DNA of 52,305 nt from positions 1 to 52,305 of the forward strand of contig JAQUNI010000001.1 in NCBI GenBank assembly GCA_028717685.1, read 5' to 3'. This document shows, one piece after another, positions 36,241 to 45,019 of this stretch. Made by a program: the position numbers and the translations under genes. The notes beneath the pieces were generated by a model. The model saw only the letters and a program-made list of their open reading frames with translations, was not told the origin of the DNA and ran no database searches. The DNA is from Patescibacteria group bacterium. GTDB taxonomy: Bacteria; Patescibacteriota; JAQUNI01. Positions within the stretch are counted from its first letter, which is position 1; each line of letters starts with the position of its first letter.

Positions 36241-36777
36241 ATGCCGCGAGGCAAAGCAAAATGCGGGAAATGCGGGTTCTTGGTAATTGCTGAAGTGGAG
36301 CAAATTATTGAATGCCCAGGTTGCGGCAGAAAATTCTATATACCTAATGAACCGCGATACACAAATTCTTTAAATTCTTTAAGAAGCCACTCCATTGCTC
36401 AATTAAGTTCGGGTCTTGGTTTGAGGCCTCTCTGGAATACAGAAGATTCAAGGCGCTTTACAGACGCACCTGAAGGCAAATGGGAGATACACCCAGAAGC
36501 AAGGCGCAAGGATTTACGGATAAAGCTGCTGCCTTTTCCAGCAAGAAACGACCCCGAACTGATGCTAGAACAGGGCTGGTTGAGGGTTATTGTAGAATTC
36601 TACGGTCACGATGAGATTGAGAAGATTGAAGTGGCTGTAATAAAAGGCGAACTCATCCTTCAGAGCCACCTGTCTCTTTGCCCTTATCGCAACGCAATTG
36701 CCTTGCCCGAGGGCTTTGGAACAATATCCGAAGCCACCTTAAGAAATGGCATACTAGAGGTGAAAATAAAAGAATAA
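36241..36777 (+). CDS. Zinc-ribbon protein with an Hsp20/alpha-crystallin-like C-terminal domain
   Basis: 178 aa from the ATG after GAAGGTG. It has an N-terminal CGKCG...CPGCG ribbon. The C-terminal ...ALPEGFGTISEATLRNGILEVKIKE matches the canonical sHSP C-terminal strand pattern. Confidence 0.55.
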   Translation: MPRGKAKCGKCGFLVIAEVEQIIECPGCGRKFYIPNEPRYTNSLNSLRSHSIAQLSSGLGLRPLWNTEDSRRFTDAPEGKWEIHPEARRKDLRIKLLPFPARNDPELMLEQGWLRVIVEFYGHDEIEKIEVAVIKGELILQSHLSLCPYRNAIALPEGFGTISEATLRNGILEVKIKE

Positions 36778-36798
36778 TCTCCCTACTATTAACCATTT

Positions 36799-36827
36799 AA
36801 AGATATCCTTGCGATATCTTTTTTTAT
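36799..36827 (+). terminator. Intrinsic terminator at the core/accessory boundary
   Basis: AAGATATC-cttgc-GATATCTT followed by TTTTTTT. Confidence 0.7.
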
Positions 36828-36900
36828 TTATTCAGAATAAGAATCTTCGTTAGTTCAATTCTCCCAAATTAAACCATTAGTTTATGCAGAATTATAGGGT

Positions 36901-37152
36901 TCAGGTCTGGTTTTTTATTAAATTAAGTTTCCTTTTTCGCCGCCAGCTCTTAATCTCGGCTTCTCTTTGTCTTGCCTCTTTTAGTGTTTTATATTCCTCC
37001 GAATGCTTTAAAACAACCGGCCTGCGAATTTTAGTATAATGGGCGCCATGTTTTGATTGATTATGTTCTTGCAATCTCTTTTTTAGATTATTGGTGCAAC
37101 CAACATAAAGAGAATTATCCGCGCATTCAAGGATGTAAGTATAATACAACAT
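36901..37152 (-). CDS. Small GIY-YIG nuclease-domain protein
   Basis: 83 aa. YYTYILECADNSLYVGCTNNLKKRLQEHN...EAEIKSW carries the GIY...YVG and downstream Arg/Glu motifs of stand-alone GIY-YIG proteins. Confidence 0.85.
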   Translation of the reverse strand: MLYYTYILECADNSLYVGCTNNLKKRLQEHNQSKHGAHYTKIRRPVVLKHSEEYKTLKEARQREAEIKSWRRKRKLNLIKNQT

Positions 37153-37240
37153 TTTTATTTACTCGCTTTGCAGCTTACTCGCTTCGTCCTCCTTCGTCGC
37201 TCCACTCCTTAAGAATTCCTTAGTGTCTCGTTTTGTTCGA

Positions 37241-37387
37241 GCTGGGCATAAGGTACGACCCGCCTGCTCACAAGCCTGATGGCGAAGCCAATGGCGGGCA
37301 GGTCTTCGAACCTTTTTCATGCTGAATGAATGGGAAAATGAATTTGTGACAACAAAAAAACCTAGAGTTTCGAGAATTTTAACGTAA
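37241..37387 (+). repeat. R-repeat copy R1 (carries a 44-nt net hairpin insertion)
   Basis: It starts with GCTGGGCATAAGGTACGA, is interrupted by CCCGCC...GGCGGGCAGGT, then resumes CTTCGAACCTTTTTCATGCTGAATGAATGGGAAAATGAATTTGT. The 3' part is diverged. Confidence 0.85.
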
Positions 37388-37399
37388 GCGGTAATTATT

Positions 37400-37729
37400 C
37401 TATTTTAGGGCAGATAAAATTGATTTTTTCAATTCTTTCAAATCTTCTTTGCAGGTTTCCCAAATAATTCTTTTGTTTACGCCAAAATATTCATGGATTA
37501 AAACATTGCGGATGCCAATTATTTTGCGCCAAGGGATTTCGGGATTGTCTTGGCGAAATTTATCACTGACATTATTCGCTGCTTCACCGATGATTTCTAA
37601 TTCTTTCATTACGGCATCAATAATTAGATCATTGCAACTAAAAGAACCATAAGATAAACCACTCAGATATTTTTCAATCTTAGTGATTGCGTCTTGAATG
37701 TGTTTTAGGTATGTATAGTCATCTTTCAT
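37400..37729 (-). CDS. hepT: HepT-type HEPN (DUF86) toxin
   Basis: 109 aa with the Rx4HxY motif in GIRNVLIHEYFGV. It overlaps the upstream MNT gene by 11 nt. Confidence 0.9.
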   Translation of the reverse strand: MKDDYTYLKHIQDAITKIEKYLSGLSYGSFSCNDLIIDAVMKELEIIGEAANNVSDKFRQDNPEIPWRKIIGIRNVLIHEYFGVNKRIIWETCKEDLKELKKSILSALK

Positions 37730-38024
37730 AGATGATTTCTGCTTGATTTAGAACTTCATCGCGGAAATATTCACTTAGTTGTTCAGGGGTAAGAAGATCG
37801 ATGGGTTTATTAATTTGGTCTTCGAGATCATTTTTGATTTGAACAAATTTAAAAAGTCCCACTTTAGCTTTTGGCGTAAATTCAATAAGAAGATCCACAT
37901 CGCTATCTTTCTTTGCAGTTTCTGATAAATAGGAGCCAAAAAGAGAGACTTTTTGAATATCTTCTAGGTGGGGATTTTTAATAATGGCTTCTTTAATTTT
38001 AGCTTTGATGGCTTGTTTGCTCAT
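37719..38024 (-). CDS. mntA: MntA-type minimal nucleotidyltransferase antitoxin
   Basis: 101 aa with the motif LFGSYLSETAKKDSDVDLLIEF (GS...DxD). Confidence 0.9.
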   Translation of the reverse strand: MSKQAIKAKIKEAIIKNPHLEDIQKVSLFGSYLSETAKKDSDVDLLIEFTPKAKVGLFKFVQIKNDLEDQINKPIDLLTPEQLSEYFRDEVLNQAEIIYER

Positions 38025-38120
38025 AATAATATTGATAATGGATGGTTGATTTTAATATAACATTTTTGGGGGAAGGTGACAAATAAATGTGGGGGAATTA
38101 TGCTATTTTGGATTTTGAGT

Positions 38121-38156
38121 AAAAAAATAGCACAATCCATACGAGAGATTGTGCTC
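38121..38156 (-). terminator. Intrinsic terminator after the 758-aa gene
   Basis: On the minus strand, AGCACAATC-tctcgtatg-GATTGTGCT is followed by ATTTTTTT. Confidence 0.7.
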
Positions 38157-38190
38157 AATGAATGTATTCATTTACAATCTTTAATTGGGC

Positions 38191-40467
38191 TTATTTTTTA
38201 TATGCCTCTTTTCTGTTTAGCACAAAAAAATATAATTCTTTACGATCATTATTTATTCTCCAAAAGATTCTTACAGGTCCCCTTTTGAGCTTACGCCATC
38301 CCTCATAGAGCACATGCAAACGAGGAAATAAGGATCTTTGGTATGGCTCAAGCATCAACAGATATATCAGCTTATCAAGAATCTCTTCGCCTCCAACTGT
38401 TAGACTATTTTTAAAATAATCGTTGAAGGCAGTAGGGATCGGTTCAATAGCTTCATTGTTACTATTAGGATGTGCTAATACAAAGAAACTCCACCCTTTA
38501 GTTGGGCTTTGAGTATTAGTAACCGTTTCCTCTACTACTTCCACAATGACCTTCGTTTTTCTGTTCTTCTTCTTTGGAGCCCTTTGGGAAGGGGAAGTAG
38601 TTTTTGAAAAAAGATAAGAATTATAAGATAGCCCCAGTTTTTCTAATATTATCCACATCAAGAAATCCTGATGAGCCCTTCTTAACTCTTCATCTTCATA
38701 CCAATCTTTCTTTATAAGTTCATCGGCAACCAGAACTCCAAAATACTCATCTGAATCTGAAGCCTTTTGAAAAAGTTCTTTAAGATGACTGAGTTCTACA
38801 ACTTTTCCAATCCGTTTAATGAGTGTAATTATTCTCCACGCTCTGTCAAACTGATTTTTAGGAATCCTATGCCGAAGATCAGCCCGCTGAATGTCTAAAA
38901 AACCAAGAATGATTTCTATTCCTTCATCTACATCTTCCAGCTCTAGACATTCAGCTCCGCGAAGGAATAAATATTCCACAAAGTTACTTATCTCATCGGA
39001 AGCCCTGCGATGGTCTCTTGTATATTCGTCGACAATATCCATGGTTCTGCCTGGATATTTATCAATGTATACCCTCAAGCCATCAAACCCCCTTAAAGCC
39101 TCCTCTCTATCAGCACGCTGGGCTGAATCCTCTTCTTGATTTTCTGATTCAGAAGTCAACATTGCTACTAGCTCTTCTTGGAGTGGATGATCTTCTTTTT
39201 TATGACTGAGTTCACCGTCCACGTCCACAATTTCTTTTGCTAAGAAATGGGCTTCCTTGAATCTTTTTCGAGAATAAAACAAAGCAAATAAAACTTCCTT
39301 TTCCGTTCGCAATAAGTCCTCGAACTTTTTGTCTTGCTTTTTGATAAAACGTTGAAGTAATCTAATCGCTTCATCAGAATTTTTTTCTTTTAAATGAGAT
39401 AAAACGCTATTCCAGATTTTTTGGGGATTCCCCTTGGAATATGGTGGGAGAAAAGGGAAAATAAAGATGTTTTCAAGAGACAAATTGTCATAGTTACCTT
39501 TTATTATCTCTTTAAGGACTTGGTTAGATCTTTCCCGCTTTTCTTCTAACTCTTTTTTAACTATTGCTTCACTTTCCTGTTCTTCATTACCTTGGGAATA
39601 ATTGGCTATTTCATTTCTTATATCTTGAATCCAATTTTTAATGGTTTGATTAAGATCTTGTCGGTTAACACTTTCTTCAATTAGGGCTTTAACCAAATTA
39701 TAGTTCCCATCGAAATAATAAACCATAATTTTTAGGATTACGGCTACCCCATCCAAGTGTGGGCAGGAAAAATCCGGAAGCTCAAGAATTTGTTTTCGAA
39801 TATCCTCTCTTCTGAGTAAGTGTATATATTGCTCGGAAGTATCATGGCTAGACATTTCTTCAGAATTCCATAGTTCAGTCAATGGGCTCCATGCCAGCAT
39901 TAAACATTGCATAACATTGATGGGGCATATTAATGGGCCAAAGGTTGCCAGCACTTTGGCTAAAATATTGTCTCCGCAATCAATCTGACGGTAGGGCATC
40001 TGAAAATCCTTGGGGGATTTTTCAATTGCGATTTGACAGGCTTCTATATCGCCGAAAAATAAGAGCTTTGAAAGAACTTTTTCAACTTCGTTCTTATTTA
40101 TTTCTCCTGTATACTGCAAGAAATTACGCGCTGATTCAAATAAAGATAATTTATCATCAATGCGCGCTATAGTGAGCGAAAGGTGATTCCATAACTGCGC
40201 ATTCTTTGGATAGGCAGAAACCCCTGATTTGAGCATCTTAATAATTTCATTTTCAGAGGCATCATCTTCAACATCTGAATGCCGTCCTGCTATTTCGGCT
40301 TTCTTAGACCTTTCTTCATATATTTTTTCAACACAGTAAGAGGCGAGTATAAACATATTAGGACTAGGCTTTTCGGCTTGACCAATGGCTCTTTGATAAT
40401 ATTTAAGTGCCTCTTCATAACGTTTTTTGCGAAGGAAACCATTTCCTCTGTTTTCATTCGGGTTCAT
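38191..40467 (-). CDS. Large TPR-like helical protein with a C-terminal RelE/ParE-like toxin domain
   Basis: 758 aa from the ATG after AAAGGAGGA. The N-terminal TPR-like GNGFLRKKRYEEALKYYQRAI is followed by about 650 aa of helical sequence and a Lys-rich linker (APKKKNRKTK). The last ~60 aa, LYEGWRKLKRGPVRIFWRINNDRKELYFFVLNRKEAYKK, match the RelE/ParE pattern (..G.yRiiY.i.d....i.il.i.hRkeaY). Confidence 0.75.
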   Translation of the reverse strand: MNPNENRGNGFLRKKRYEEALKYYQRAIGQAEKPSPNMFILASYCVEKIYEERSKKAEIAGRHSDVEDDASENEIIKMLKSGVSAYPKNAQLWNHLSLTIARIDDKLSLFESARNFLQYTGEINKNEVEKVLSKLLFFGDIEACQIAIEKSPKDFQMPYRQIDCGDNILAKVLATFGPLICPINVMQCLMLAWSPLTELWNSEEMSSHDTSEQYIHLLRREDIRKQILELPDFSCPHLDGVAVILKIMVYYFDGNYNLVKALIEESVNRQDLNQTIKNWIQDIRNEIANYSQGNEEQESEAIVKKELEEKRERSNQVLKEIIKGNYDNLSLENIFIFPFLPPYSKGNPQKIWNSVLSHLKEKNSDEAIRLLQRFIKKQDKKFEDLLRTEKEVLFALFYSRKRFKEAHFLAKEIVDVDGELSHKKEDHPLQEELVAMLTSESENQEEDSAQRADREEALRGFDGLRVYIDKYPGRTMDIVDEYTRDHRRASDEISNFVEYLFLRGAECLELEDVDEGIEIILGFLDIQRADLRHRIPKNQFDRAWRIITLIKRIGKVVELSHLKELFQKASDSDEYFGVLVADELIKKDWYEDEELRRAHQDFLMWIILEKLGLSYNSYLFSKTTSPSQRAPKKKNRKTKVIVEVVEETVTNTQSPTKGWSFFVLAHPNSNNEAIEPIPTAFNDYFKNSLTVGGEEILDKLIYLLMLEPYQRSLFPRLHVLYEGWRKLKRGPVRIFWRINNDRKELYFFVLNRKEAYKK

Positions 40468-40612
40468 TAGATCATATCCTCCTTTCAAGGAATGAATTAG
40501 TAAAGAACATTAACGGTTTAACTTTAACCTTATAATAATAGAATATTTTCGTATTTAGTCAATGAAATATGGTTTTACTAAAAAATGTCTTTAATAAGCC
40601 ATTTTAATGCAA

Positions 40613-40690
40613 GCTGGGCATAAGGTACGATCTTCAAACCTTTTTTATGTTGAATGAATGGGAATGCCCTGTAAAGACAGCAACTTTGAT
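40613..40690 (+). repeat. R-repeat copy R2 (internally deleted)
   Basis: GCTGGGCATAAGGTACGATCTTCAAACCTTTTTTATGTTGAATGAATGGGAA then jumps to TGCCCTGTAAAGACAGCAAC, which matches the sequence found about 10 nt after the stop of R3. Confidence 0.8.
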
Positions 40691-40771
40691 AGGTTAAAAG
40701 TTGAAGGAATTACTTTCAAAACGAAAAGGTGCTGGCAAAAATAGAATCAACCCCTATTTCCCTATTTCCTC

Positions 40772-41347
40772 CTAGTTACCATTTGCAATTTTCTTGGCTC
40801 CAGCATATTGAGGATTAATCCATTTAGGAACCTGCTTCTTCCCTGTGACTCTCGTTTTAAGTATGCTAAAAATATATTCTAATTGTTTTGTTTCTTCTGG
40901 GGTATAAGTGATTTTTTTAAATTTCCTTTCTCCATGCCCCGGAATTTGATGGGTTCTTTTTCTTGCTTCATACATAATCAGAACCGCCGCCTTCCACAAA
41001 ATGAATTCTCTGGCCTTCTTTGTTCTTAATGGATATTTTTCAAAGTGAGGAATAACTGCCTTTACCAAATCTGGAATTGAGGTTACTTGCCATTGAGCTT
41101 GACCATAAGCATGCAAGAGTTTCAATGATTTTGGATTTGATACTGCAAAGTTTCCGCAACCATTAAAATATTTTTGAATATCTTTTAGAATACTTTGATC
41201 GTCACCTCTAAGATTAATTGCAAATGCGGCTTTCCAATAAAAATAATGAAAAATTTTACTTTTCTTTTGTTGTTTATCCTTCCTAACATAAATTGTAAAG
41301 CACCCCTCTCCGTCGGTAAATCCTGTAATATAATATGGATGAATCAT
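40772..41347 (-). CDS. LAGLIDADG-family homing endonuclease (single-motif type)
   Basis: 191 aa with YITGFTDGEGCF near the N-terminus and a size typical of homodimeric LAGLIDADG enzymes. Confidence 0.85.
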   Translation of the reverse strand: MIHPYYITGFTDGEGCFTIYVRKDKQQKKSKIFHYFYWKAAFAINLRGDDQSILKDIQKYFNGCGNFAVSNPKSLKLLHAYGQAQWQVTSIPDLVKAVIPHFEKYPLRTKKAREFILWKAAVLIMYEARKRTHQIPGHGERKFKKITYTPEETKQLEYIFSILKTRVTGKKQVPKWINPQYAGAKKIANGN

Positions 41348-41353
41348 GATTTT

Positions 41354-41881
41354 TTATGAAAGTCTAATGCAATAATTTTTTGGGTAAACTATCCATACTT
41401 CTTTGAAATCACTGTTATGAAAAATAATTTTAAATTTTTCTGTTACATTATTTTTGACTCGCGTGGTGACATTCCAGAATCCGTCCAGTAGAAGAATTAT
41501 TTCTTTTCTCTCTTTGCGATCCAGATTCGACAATTTTATGATTTCTTTTTTCCATTGGTCGATTAATGGGTGGCACTCTCCTTGATCAACTATTCTTAAA
41601 AAGCTGCCAATTTTTTTATCGTTAAGATATCTTCTTGCTTCGGGATCAAAAGTTTTGATTTGTAGTTTTAATACTTTTTTGATATCAGACTTACTATTTA
41701 TTAAAACATCAATAGAGTCATCAATGTTGGGTTGGATTTCTGACAGAATGTAATTTGTTTGATTTTTTCTATTATAGAATTTAACAAATCTGGAGGCAAC
41801 TTGTAGTTCTTCAGGTTTATGGGGATCATCCGAATTTTTTATTAGTTTTTGAATTTGTGCAATTGTTTTGCATATCAACAT
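41354..41881 (-). CDS. Hypothetical protein (175 aa)
   Basis: The ORF ends 6 nt before the LAGLIDADG start. I recognise no family. Confidence 0.55.
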   Translation of the reverse strand: MLICKTIAQIQKLIKNSDDPHKPEELQVASRFVKFYNRKNQTNYILSEIQPNIDDSIDVLINSKSDIKKVLKLQIKTFDPEARRYLNDKKIGSFLRIVDQGECHPLIDQWKKEIIKLSNLDRKERKEIILLLDGFWNVTTRVKNNVTEKFKIIFHNSDFKEVWIVYPKNYCIRLS

Positions 41882-41990
41882 TATTTTTTATAACAAAAAG
41901 TAAAATATCTATCTTTAATTATGTCTCGAAATTGGTATTAAGGCAAACATTCTGCTTCTTTTAGCTATTTCTATAATATGCCTATTTGTT

Positions 41991-43106
41991 TTATTGACAA
42001 AAGGCATTGAAAGAGGTAAATGTCCGAGGGGCCATATGCCAATCTTCTAAAATACTCCGGCTACATCCGTACTTGTAATGGCCGCCGAGACCTTCTCCAT
42101 GTGTTTCAGTCATCCTTGATAGTATTTGATCACAACTACAACCATATGTATAGTCCATATTAAAGTTTTTGGATGGCTTTTTTCCTTTACTTGCAGTAGT
42201 TTCCCAGCTATCCCCATCCCACATCCAACGGTTTACTCCAAGCCTTATCGAGGGATCATCTGCAACTGTTTCTGGACATTGATCATCTGTATTCAAAACT
42301 CCATCGCCATCTTCATCAACTTCGATGTTAGTAGTGTCAGCGAGGCACCGAACAGAATAACCGAACGCCTTTTGATAGTTGGAGCGGTAAATCATATCAT
42401 TGCCAGAACCCATGCCACGATTCCACATGTAAGAAGGGACTATGTGTGGGAGTAATTGTTCAGAGGATGACAAAAAATGAATAGCTGGCTCACGCTTGTC
42501 AAAAAAACTGTCTTCCCCATTCGTTTCATGGTTGCCAGCTCCTATCGCATCAAAACCGGAGCTTCCGCCGAGCTTGAGTTTAGTTCCAGCATCGGCACAG
42601 CCCCAACCCAACCTTGCCGCATCACATGTCTGCCCCGGTGTTTTTAGATAATTTTCCAGTATATAAAATTCCTCATCAGTCGGGATGTGCCAACCGTTGG
42701 GACAGATGCCTTGATTGAGAGTTGGAATACTGCAAGAAGTCAGATTGCAAGAATCAGGCAGGGCGTTGGCTTCGGCCCAGGTATATAATCCTCCTTCGCT
42801 GGTGCAATAAGCTAGAGAATTGTCATAACACCATTTTGAAAAAGTGTTTGGATCATTGAGGGTTGGAGCGGTGTCATCAGGGGTTTCAAAATTCCCTATC
42901 ATTTCTCCAGCATTGAGATTTTTTTTGAACCAACATTGGGTGCCGATGAGAACTGTATTGTAGGTAACGCCTCCGTATGAGCAAGCGTTTCCGCAGGTCG
43001 TCGAAGCGCTACATTCAGCTGCCTTAGTATCTTTTGGAAAAAGAATTATAGCTCCGGCCAGCATGATTAGGATCAGTAGACATTTTTTGATCTTTATGTT
43101 TTTCAT
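41991..43106 (-). CDS. Secreted FISUMP-domain protein with a thrombospondin-type-3-like Ca-binding repeat
   Basis: 371 aa with a signal peptide. GVTYNTVLIGTQCWFKKNLN, GGLYTWAEA, ICPNGWHIPTDEEF and YSVRCL match the Fibrobacter succinogenes major paralogous domain. DEDGDGVLNTDDQCPE is a TSP3-like repeat. Confidence 0.8.
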   Translation of the reverse strand: MKNIKIKKCLLILIMLAGAIILFPKDTKAAECSASTTCGNACSYGGVTYNTVLIGTQCWFKKNLNAGEMIGNFETPDDTAPTLNDPNTFSKWCYDNSLAYCTSEGGLYTWAEANALPDSCNLTSCSIPTLNQGICPNGWHIPTDEEFYILENYLKTPGQTCDAARLGWGCADAGTKLKLGGSSGFDAIGAGNHETNGEDSFFDKREPAIHFLSSSEQLLPHIVPSYMWNRGMGSGNDMIYRSNYQKAFGYSVRCLADTTNIEVDEDGDGVLNTDDQCPETVADDPSIRLGVNRWMWDGDSWETTASKGKKPSKNFNMDYTYGCSCDQILSRMTETHGEGLGGHYKYGCSRSILEDWHMAPRTFTSFNAFCQ

Positions 43107-43387
43107 AGGTTTTTAGTTGATAATAAAAAAGCAAAACGCCTACCCTCAATCTCAAAAACTTGAATCGGATGATTAGTAAACATTTTGCTTGTTTTAGCTC
43201 TTTTTATGATATACCTATTCGGTTTTCTTGGTAAACGGGTTCAAATATTGTAATTTCGAACTTTTTTGATTTTTAACATTCGAACTCTTTGTCTTTGGCT
43301 TAATGCAACCGAGAATAGACCGTTTTTAGCTCGGTCATCCTAGCAAGCTGGGGAGGCAGGATCTCTCGGCAAGCTCGAGATTAAACA

Positions 43388-43684
43388 TTACCTCTCTAAC
43401 CTTTCGACAGTCTCAGGGCCTTTACTAAGTTTTTTGAGAAGATCGATATTTTGCTTAATTAACGCTAACTTCTTTGGGAAGCTCCATTTTTTAAGTTGAA
43501 TTTCTCTATTTTCAGCGTCTTGCCGTCTATTATATTTTTCATAATAAACAAGCCTTATATCAGAAAACCTCTTGGTGTAGAATGATTTTTTATTTTTATG
43601 TTGAGAGATTCTTTCTTGAAGGTCATTCGTGATACCAATATAAAAGATTTTCTGATTGCAAAGAAGAATATATGTATACCACAT
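43388..43684 (-). CDS. Small GIY-YIG nuclease-domain protein
   Basis: 98 aa. WYTYILLCNQKIFYIGITNDLQERISQHKN...ENREIQLKKW. Confidence 0.85.
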   Translation of the reverse strand: MWYTYILLCNQKIFYIGITNDLQERISQHKNKKSFYTKRFSDIRLVYYEKYNRRQDAENREIQLKKWSFPKKLALIKQNIDLLKKLSKGPETVERLER

Positions 43685-43716
43685 TTTTTGAGGACAGGCC
43701 CTGAGCCTGCCGAAGG

Positions 43717-43819
43717 GCTGGGCATAAGGTACGATCTTCGAACTTTTTTTGTCCTTAACGAATGGAAAAATGAGTTTATAAAAGAAAAAAAGGTTAGAGT
43801 CCGGAAAGTCTATGCGTAG
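43717..43819 (+). repeat. R-repeat copy R3
   Basis: GCTGGGCATAAGGTACGATCTTCGAACTTTTTTTGTCCTTAACGAATGGAAAAATGAGTTT...GTCTATGCGTAG. Similarity to the R4 flank continues to about 43990. Confidence 0.9.
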
Positions 43820-43903
43820 GATAGATTGTGCCAGCCAAAGACAGCAACTGTCATTGTTTAAGCTTAGGTTGAATGTTATTCAATTTTTGGTTTTTATTTA
43901 TTT

Positions 43904-44206
43904 TCAAATACTTTTAACGTTTAATTCTAATTTCTTAATTCTTTTTTCATGATTTTCAAGATCATCGGAAAAACGGCGGTTCTGTGAGTATTACATGGTG
44001 TTTTCCTGGACTAAAGTTTCCAGATTTTTAGCTATTTTATCATTGCTAGTTAAAACCTGATCAAATTTTTCTGACATTTCCTCTCTAAGATCATTTTCGA
44101 GATTTTTTAAATCTTGTTTGGTCGCAAAAACCTCTTCCATGGCTGGAATTAAAACTTCCCGAATATCTTTAATGGTTAATGGTTGGTTGTCTATCGGTTT
44201 AGGCAT
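43904..44206 (-). pseudogene. Small coiled-coil ORF interrupted by an in-frame TAA (71 aa + 28 aa)
   Basis: ORF 43991..44206 ends in TAA. The same frame continues YSQNRRFSDDLENHEKRIKKLELNVKSI to 43904. The tail aligns codon by codon with the end of ORF 46862..47083, with TAA opposite CAA. Confidence 0.45.
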
Positions 44207-44539
44207 AGATCTATGTCTTTAGTATAACATTCTATTAAGATAAGTTAAAGTGTGGATAAAAATATCGTTTAGATTTTTTATTATTCAAATTTTGGTTAGA
44301 TTATTCGTGCGCCTTATCGCTTTAATCGCTTTTTTAACATCTCTGGTTATTTCCCACTGTTTGGCACTTTTATTCCTGACTCTGATTTTAGTAAAGATTT
44401 TCATTGCCTCTTTACGTTGTTTGGTTGCAGAATTCATAAATTTTACAGGAATAAGTAATATTAGGTAAATGGAAGGGAAAATACAATCATGATGGAGAGT
44501 TTTATTGTTAAGGTATAAGACTTTAACTAATCAATGAAT

Positions 44540-45019
44540 TTATTTTAGTAAAATTTGCTGCCAGTATCTTTCAAGATATCGGATAACTTCTCGCCAAGCA
44601 TTCTCTAATAGATTATTCGGGCTATCAAAGTCTTTTCTAACTTTACCTCCGGAACCTACAGAATGGTGAGTAACCTCTCTCCAATCAAGATATTTATGTT
44701 CTTTTTTGAATTTTGGGAATCTAAAGCGAATATAACTGCCATTGATTTCTATAGCTGGCAAAAACCTGCCATGTAGTATTCTGTTTCTGTATTGCCTCAA
44801 AAAAGAGAGAGGATCCTTTATTTTTGACCTCCATGCAATTCTTGCCTTCCGACCTTCTTTTGTGGACCATGCTTTATAAAGTTTGGGGTTTATAAAGCGT
44901 TCTAAAAGTTCGTCAGCAACATCTAGGCACGCACAAAGTCTCGTGATACCCTCAATAAATTGGTCTATATTTAAAATGCAAACATTTTTAAGCTCATATA
45001 CTCTTGCTAGATGTTTCAA
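44540..45019 (-). CDS. HEPN-like (Rx4H) protein; the frame stays open upstream to 45277 without a canonical start
   Basis: 159 aa from a TTG start, with the motif LRQYRNRILHGR (R-x4-H). A further 86 in-frame sense codons upstream contain no ATG, GTG or TTG. Confidence 0.5.
   Translation of the reverse strand: MKHLARVYELKNVCILNIDQFIEGITRLCACLDVADELLERFINPKLYKAWSTKEGRKARIAWRSKIKDPLSFLRQYRNRILHGRFLPAIEINGSYIRFRFPKFKKEHKYLDWREVTHHSVGSGGKVRKDFDSPNNLLENAWREVIRYLERYWQQILLK

Noticed and set aside
1561-37300. Recurrent GCGAAGC-type mini-hairpins (CGGCGAAGCCG at ~1563, TGGCGAAGCCA at ~23970 and ~37288)
   Set aside because: The motif is very short and expected by chance at this frequency. I note it only because the d(GCGAAGC) hairpin is unusually stable.
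43598-43819. Plus-strand ORFs 43598..43819 (73 aa) and 46518..46751 (77 aa) as complete genes
   Set aside because: Only their last ~34 codons (the R repeat) are conserved. Their 5' parts are unrelated to each other and overlap GIY-YIG coding or remnant sequence on the other strand. I report the conserved tail as a finding, not as a gene.
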